Source of the DNA: Nanobdellota archaeon
GTDB taxonomy: Archaea; Nanobdellota; Nanobdellia; Pacearchaeales; GW2011-AR1
Assembly (NCBI GenBank): GCA_038045705.1
Contig: JBBSXO010000005.1
Coordinates: 21,136-85,135 of the forward strand
DNA length: 64,000 bases
Reading direction: 5' to 3'
Shown piece after piece: positions 59,134 to 64,000 of this stretch. A program made the position numbers and the translations under genes. How positions within the stretch are numbered: the stretch's first letter is position 1; the number at the start of each line of letters is the position of its first letter. Below the pieces are notes generated by a model. It worked only from the letters and a program-made list of their open reading frames with translations. It was not told the origin of the DNA and searched no databases.

Positions 59134-60135
59134 GTGACGTTACTTGGAACGCAACTCGACGATGGCTGGGTGGTGACCCGGGAAGTGGTGAGGAGCATCA
59201 AAGCTACCGGCGGGTGCTTCTCTAAGTCCTACATCGTGACGAGGAACGGGAAGGAAGCGTTCATGAAGGCGTTAGACTATATGCAGGCTCTGCAAAGCGT
59301 AGACCCGGCGACGCTCTTGCATACGCTGACCCAAGAGTTTCTTTTTGAGAAAGGTATTCTACGAGAGTGCGAGGCTCGTCGGATGCGAAGAGTAGTTCGG
59401 CAGATTGGTCACGGGATCCTGAAGCTCACACTTGGTGGCTTACCAATCACGGTGCAGTACTTGATACTTGAGAAGGCTGACGACGATCTGCGGCATACCC
59501 TGGACGGAATGACCGCCTCCGTAAGGGCGCGGGCGTTGCAGCAGGTTGCGATTGGGTTGACGCAGTTGCACAGAATTGGTGTCGCGCATCAGGACATCAA
59601 GCCATCCAATGTACTCCTATTTCGAGGAGACGGTGCAAAGGTTGGTGATCTTGGGTGCGCGTTTCAGAAAGGCATCGCACGTGTTCGCGACCAATACAGA
59701 GTAGCGGGCGATCCGCGATATGCACCTCCAGAATTATTGTATGGGTTAGGGTCCCAGGACTATCGGTTGCGAAGACTGGGCTGTGACGCGTACCATTTGG
59801 GTAGTCTAATATTTTTAATGTGGTCGAAGCTGTCGCTGACTAGCGATATTCAAGGCCGCCTCGAACCAAGATTCAGGTGGCAAAAATGGAACGGTCAATA
59901 CGTGGACGTGCTTCCTGAGTTGCAGTCGGCGTTCGAGGATGCTCTCCGCTCATTCGCGACGTTACTACCACCATACGCTTTGGAGTTGGTAGAGTTTGTG
60001 CGTGAGTTGTGCGACCCGGACCCAATGCGACGTAAACTTACGCAGAGTGGCAGCGACATCCCCTTGGAAGTGTACGTTAGCAAGCTTGACAGAGTGGCAA
60101 AGGTCTGCGAGTGGAGGGAGCGCAAGGGTCCATGA
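59134..60135 (+). CDS. Hanks-type Ser/Thr protein kinase
   Basis: TGGCFSKSY, AFMKALD, HQDIKPSN, DLG and YAPPE motifs; GTG at 59134 with upstream GAGGG preferred over 59041. Confidence 0.9.
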   Translation: MTLLGTQLDDGWVVTREVVRSIKATGGCFSKSYIVTRNGKEAFMKALDYMQALQSVDPATLLHTLTQEFLFEKGILRECEARRMRRVVRQIGHGILKLTLGGLPITVQYLILEKADDDLRHTLDGMTASVRARALQQVAIGLTQLHRIGVAHQDIKPSNVLLFRGDGAKVGDLGCAFQKGIARVRDQYRVAGDPRYAPPELLYGLGSQDYRLRRLGCDAYHLGSLIFLMWSKLSLTSDIQGRLEPRFRWQKWNGQYVDVLPELQSAFEDALRSFATLLPPYALELVEFVRELCDPDPMRRKLTQSGSDIPLEVYVSKLDRVAKVCEWRERKGP

Positions 60136-61625
60136 CTGTCTATGCAAAGGATGACGATAGGCGCTTGATTCCGCGATGGCACTGGTTGCAAAGCGAGCCT
60201 GCAAGGCTTGAGCAGCATTTCGGAGGAGACCAGGGTGCAGGTGAACCTGATCCTGCCTTAGCAGCTCTGCTTGAGGAATCACTTGTGGACTGGGTTGCGC
60301 AGAAGGGCGATGTGGTGGCTGGCGAGATATGCTCGGCGGCAATCTTGAGCGGCCGGTTGGAGCTGGCTCGCGATGCAGCAATCGCGCTCAAGGCGGGGAG
60401 CCCGATAGAGAGTGGCATCTATCATGTGGCTGCCGAGGTGCTCGGACAAGCCACAAAGGGTGAGTCCCTAGGAGCAGAAGGCATCAGGGTTGTTATCGGG
60501 CGCCTGCGAGCGCTGCTACGTGATGGGGCTCGGGATCCGATACGGTGGACAGACTTGTCTCGAGCCTTTGCGATCATAGGTAAGCTGAAGTCTGCCAAGC
60601 GGGCGATGTTAGTTGCTACTGACCTGGCGAGTGAGAGCCGCGCCATTGTACGAGCGGCTTCTAGGCTTCTGATCCACGTGGACGAGGCCGACAGAGCGCA
60701 TGATGTACTGATGCGGTCACGACGTATTGTGGTTGACCCATGGGTCATGGCGGCCGAGATTGCTGTGACAAATCTGATGGGCCGGCCATCCGAGTACGCA
60801 AAGAACGCAAGGAAGGTAATCAAGTCCGGGAGGTATGGCGATAGAGATCTCGCCGAACTCCGCGTTGCCCTGGGATCGCAGGAAATATGGTTTGGGAATG
60901 CAAAGCTGGGCAAGCGACTATTGCGCGACGCACTGGTTGCGCCTACCGAAAACGCGATCGCACAGGTTGCATGGTTCATGAGGCGCGAGTATCTGGCCCT
61001 TGGTGTATTTGATGGAGACTCCCTTGGAAGCGCGGAAGCGGACGCCTGGGCGAAGCGGCAGCGAAAAGAGTGGGCGGATTGTCTGCTTGCCTGTGACCGG
61101 TGGTGGAGCATTGAGCCATTCTCGAGCAGGCCATCTGAGTTGGCATCTTACATAGCTTCAACTGTTAGTGGAGATCCCGATCGGTGCGTCGAATACGCGC
61201 GTAGAGGGCTCATCGCCAATCCTGAGAGTGTCGTGTTATGGAATAACTTGGCCGTCGGCTACGCTGAGCGTGGGCTTGTCCGACAAGCAGTGGAGTGTTG
61301 GCGGCGAGCGAGCGCGTTGGACCGAGAAGATGCCTTCCGGGTCACGCTGCAGGCCACGAGAGGCTTGATCGCCTTCCGTGAAGGGCGGTATGCAGAGGGG
61401 CGCAAATTGTATGAGGACGCTGTGGCTTTGGCGAGAAAGGAGGGGAAACTGGAGGTGATGGCAACTTTGCACCTCTTGCGAGAGGAACAGCGGTGTGGGG
61501 GTGCGCCTACGAGTTTGCTTGCTGTCGCGAGGGAGGCGACCAAATCTCCTGATGTTGTTGTAGCAACGATGGCCACCCGTCTGTTGAGTGCGGAAGAGCT
61601 AACGAGGAGTCCTGGGGGTGAGTGA
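60132..61625 (+). CDS. TPR-containing helical protein coupled to the kinase
   Basis: ATGA overlap with the kinase stop; C-terminal TPRs (LWNNLAVGYAERG, ATRGLIAFREGRYAEGRKLYEDA). Confidence 0.8.
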   Translation: MTVYAKDDDRRLIPRWHWLQSEPARLEQHFGGDQGAGEPDPALAALLEESLVDWVAQKGDVVAGEICSAAILSGRLELARDAAIALKAGSPIESGIYHVAAEVLGQATKGESLGAEGIRVVIGRLRALLRDGARDPIRWTDLSRAFAIIGKLKSAKRAMLVATDLASESRAIVRAASRLLIHVDEADRAHDVLMRSRRIVVDPWVMAAEIAVTNLMGRPSEYAKNARKVIKSGRYGDRDLAELRVALGSQEIWFGNAKLGKRLLRDALVAPTENAIAQVAWFMRREYLALGVFDGDSLGSAEADAWAKRQRKEWADCLLACDRWWSIEPFSSRPSELASYIASTVSGDPDRCVEYARRGLIANPESVVLWNNLAVGYAERGLVRQAVECWRRASALDREDAFRVTLQATRGLIAFREGRYAEGRKLYEDAVALARKEGKLEVMATLHLLREEQRCGGAPTSLLAVAREATKSPDVVVATMATRLLSAEELTRSPGGE

Positions 61626-62073
61626 GGCTGCGAGATTCGTGGCGCCGTAGTTATCGTGCGCCGCGTTCCTTGAGACGGGGGCGCGCCATTCCCCGTGAGC
61701 CTCGGGGAACACCTCAAGTCCGGCCAGTCGGGAACACCTGAAAACCGGCCAGTGGTGAGAGTGGTCGCGGACGTTGACGTCGCCTGGCACATGGTGTCGC
61801 TCTGTGACCTTCCGGTGAGGGTGCGTAGCCCGTTTTTTCTGAGCGTTGCGGTCAGCGGTTGGGCTAGGACGAGGGCGTGGTTGCGACCGCGGCCAGCTTG
61901 TAGTTCCAGGGCAGCCAGGCCGGAGTCGATTTGGCGCTGCGGCGCGGCTTGTCCCGATCGATACGCTTCGTTACTCTTCGTCTGAGTCGGTCGCGCTGGC
62001 CCGACTCTGCACCTCTCTCATTCTCATCGGCTCGACCGCCCAGCGCGGTCTTACCCAAAAACCAATAGGACAA

Positions 62074-62994
62074 ATGCAACCAAACAACGTTCGTGAATAC
62101 GAGAACCTCCGTTCAGAACTCGACAAACTTCGCGACTGTATCAACACATATGTTAGCTTTGTCTTGGGGGGATCAGGAGCGGCCTTGGTTGGATTGCTCG
62201 CAGCCATAGGACTGAAAGAGGCCTGGTTTGGAGTATGCCTCGGCGCGCTGGCACTGGCATTGGTGATCACAATTATTCAGAATGTCCTTATGTACAAGTT
62301 CCTCAGCCACAATCGTTATGCTGGATATTGCAAATTGCTATCACAAGAATGGTATGAGGCGAAATCCTTGGACGTTTTCCTTTGGGAGCCCTCCCTAGAG
62401 CAGCTCCGCTATTCTGATTTTGACAACACAGAGGCTGTCGATCGCTGTCGAACAACGGTCATAAAGGGTGTCTCTGGCAGGGCTCTATCGCGCGCGCTTC
62501 TTCGTTTCGGAGGCGACGAACCATCCGCGGACAAGAAGAAGCGACGGCGCGGAGCATGGATAGTATTTTGGGCAATTAGGGGGCATACAACGTCCGCTTC
62601 CTGGGGGTACCCTGTGTACGTAGTTGCGACCTTGTTTATTGTAACGCTACTATTCTGGGCAGTCCATGCCGCGTTCGCCTTCATGTCCTTACAATGGTAT
62701 CTTGGCGTATTACTGCTCTTCTTAAGTGCAGTCCTGGTAGGCATGATGTGGGCGACGCACTTCGGACGGCTTTCTGCCCTTATGGGTCGGAGCAGATCCA
62801 TAGATGCTTACTGTTGGAAGTTCATGTATTTCCGTTTTGCTATCCTTACGTCCCTTGGCGCACGCTCGTACACAATCGTCGCTGGCAAACAACCTTGGCA
62901 GTACCTGCACGCCTATCGCGCAGACAGGCGGTGGATAAGGCAGAGTCTAGCATACAAACTTCGCAACTATCCAGGGCGAGTGCGGCCACGATAG
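62074..62994 (+). CDS. Four-TM membrane protein
   Basis: AGGA-N3-ATG start; EYENLRSEL helix, then two TM hairpins separated by a soluble region. Confidence 0.7.
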   Translation: MQPNNVREYENLRSELDKLRDCINTYVSFVLGGSGAALVGLLAAIGLKEAWFGVCLGALALALVITIIQNVLMYKFLSHNRYAGYCKLLSQEWYEAKSLDVFLWEPSLEQLRYSDFDNTEAVDRCRTTVIKGVSGRALSRALLRFGGDEPSADKKKRRRGAWIVFWAIRGHTTSASWGYPVYVVATLFIVTLLFWAVHAAFAFMSLQWYLGVLLLFLSAVLVGMMWATHFGRLSALMGRSRSIDAYCWKFMYFRFAILTSLGARSYTIVAGKQPWQYLHAYRADRRWIRQSLAYKLRNYPGRVRPR

Positions 62995-63076
62995 CAAATC
63001 GCTCGGGCTGATTTATGAATTGGAAGAGAAGGGCGGACAGACCGTAACGGCGTCGTAAAGTCCTTCACGCCCGACT

Positions 63077-63277
63077 TCAAGGCACCCTTCTCGGTCGTGG
63101 GCGCCTGGGCGCCTCCTCTGGATCGGCGACAGCGATCTCGACGTCGAGGCAGTCCTCGCTGCAGAAGAGTTTGCTCTCGAGGTTGATGAAGTCTCTCGTG
63201 CCAAGGACACCTTTGGCGACCTGGTAGCAGTCGTCACCCACGTGGATCTCCCTGTCGCAGATTGCACAGCTACTCAT
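63077..63277 (-). CDS. Small Cys4 zinc-finger protein (TRASH/YHS-like)
   Basis: CAIC...FCSEDC; start overlaps the ECF sigma stop. Confidence 0.6.
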   Translation of the reverse strand: MSSCAICDREIHVGDDCYQVAKGVLGTRDFINLESKLFCSEDCLDVEIAVADPEEAPRRPRPRRVP

Positions 63278-63765
63278 GCGTCACCTCGTTCACGGAGAAG
63301 ACCACGGAGAGCCTGGCGGGCTCGAGCAACACGGGACTTCATGACTCCGGTTGTCGTCCTCTGGCGCTCAGCCAGCTCCCTGCACGATAGTCCCTCCAGG
63401 TAGTAGCCCGTCGCAGCATCTGCCAGGCACTGGCTGAGTCCTCCGATACGTTCGAGAACGCGTTGATGCGTCTCCCTCGTCGACGCCATCGCCCATGGTT
63501 CCAGACTCGAAAGCGGTTGATGGTCGTCGACGTCGTAGCTTCTCACGCTCGTACTGACGCGAGCGAAGGCAGGTCTGATCGCCACGCGCTTGGCGATCGT
63601 CCAGAGCAACGCCACTGGCTCGCCCACTCGACGGGTGGATCCGCTTACGTAGCGAATGGCCTCGCAGAAGGCCTCCTGGACAACATCGTCGGCGCTGGCC
63701 CGGGGGAAAGAGTACCTGACGCGGTAAAGAATGAGGTCGTAGTGCCTCGCGAAGTCTGCTTCCAT
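63274..63765 (-). CDS. ECF-type RNA polymerase sigma factor
   Basis: ADDVVQEAF (region 2); YYLEGLSCRELAE...GVMKSRVARARQALR (region 4). Confidence 0.85.
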   Translation of the reverse strand: MEADFARHYDLILYRVRYSFPRASADDVVQEAFCEAIRYVSGSTRRVGEPVALLWTIAKRVAIRPAFARVSTSVRSYDVDDHQPLSSLEPWAMASTRETHQRVLERIGGLSQCLADAATGYYLEGLSCRELAERQRTTTGVMKSRVARARQALRGLLRERGDA

Positions 63766-64000
63766 ATCCTTGTGGAAGCAAGACTTATAGAATAGGCTTC
63801 AGGTGAAATGGCGTGGGTCAGATTCAGATTGCCGCCAGCAGGCCTCGGATACCCCAGCACTCAGGTACAGATGGTGCGAGATCCTGCGAGACCACCCGGA
63901 CCTGGCGCTGATCCTCCGGGCGTGGCCCGCGCCTACCGGAGGTCACTCCGCGACGGGATGGTGGCGATGGTGAATTCGGCGGTGACGTGAGGGATGACGA

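Larger units (their letters stand above)
50462..64000. mobile_element. GC-rich integrase-headed island (or chimeric bacterial segment) abutting the tRNA-Leu 5' end, right end outside the window
   Basis: Abrupt GC rise (line 50041: 18/60 GC; line 50761: 40/60 GC); integrase is the first gene; bacterial-type cargo. Confidence 0.75.

Noticed and set aside
61846-62073. N-terminal extension of the 382-aa ORF; similarly 59041-59133 of the kinase
   Set aside because: Low-complexity extensions; downstream starts at 62074 and 59134 have SD-like motifs and begin the recognisable domains.
50737-63990. Many overlapping or antisense ORFs in the GC-rich part (e.g. 51880-52356, 54113-54823, 57842-58276, 58499-59089, 60422-61111, 61259-61792)
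   Set aside because: Expected shadow ORFs in GC-rich DNA; Arg/Ser/Pro-rich and overlapping better-supported genes.

Overview
The window has two compositionally different parts joined exactly at the 5' end of a tRNA gene. Bases 1-~50461 are an AT-rich, compact archaeal chromosome, inferred to be DPANN (Pacearchaeota/Woesearchaeota-like). This part encodes proteasome alpha/beta, Pop5, SBDS, RNase J, aCPSF1, Mre11-Rad50, CCA enzyme, OapABC/ArvABC, RtcB-archease, ArgRS, a type IV pilus locus with seven class III signal-peptide proteins, SRP RNA, tRNA-Thr(CGT), an intron-containing tRNA-Leu(TAA) and several toxin-antitoxin modules. Bases ~50462-64000 are a GC-rich, bacterial-looking (Planctomycetota-like by inference) segment that runs off the window end. 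It starts with a tyrosine integrase and carries a MauE-like protein, a Cys-rich secreted protein, a GEVED protein, a ParB-like protein, an ISAzo13-like remnant, a coupled Ser/Thr kinase-TPR pair, a 4-TM protein and an ECF sigma factor. The main leads are: (1) a possible inter-domain integrative element at the tRNA 5' end (chimeric assembly not excluded); (2) the kinase-TPR candidate defence module; (3) an AT-rich sigma70-like gene in the archaeal core; (4) an orphan DGR-type variable region; (5) an SRP RNA lacking the GNRA tetraloop; (6) ArvABC coupled to two large Cys-rich surface proteins. All family calls come from motif recognition by eye; no database search was run.
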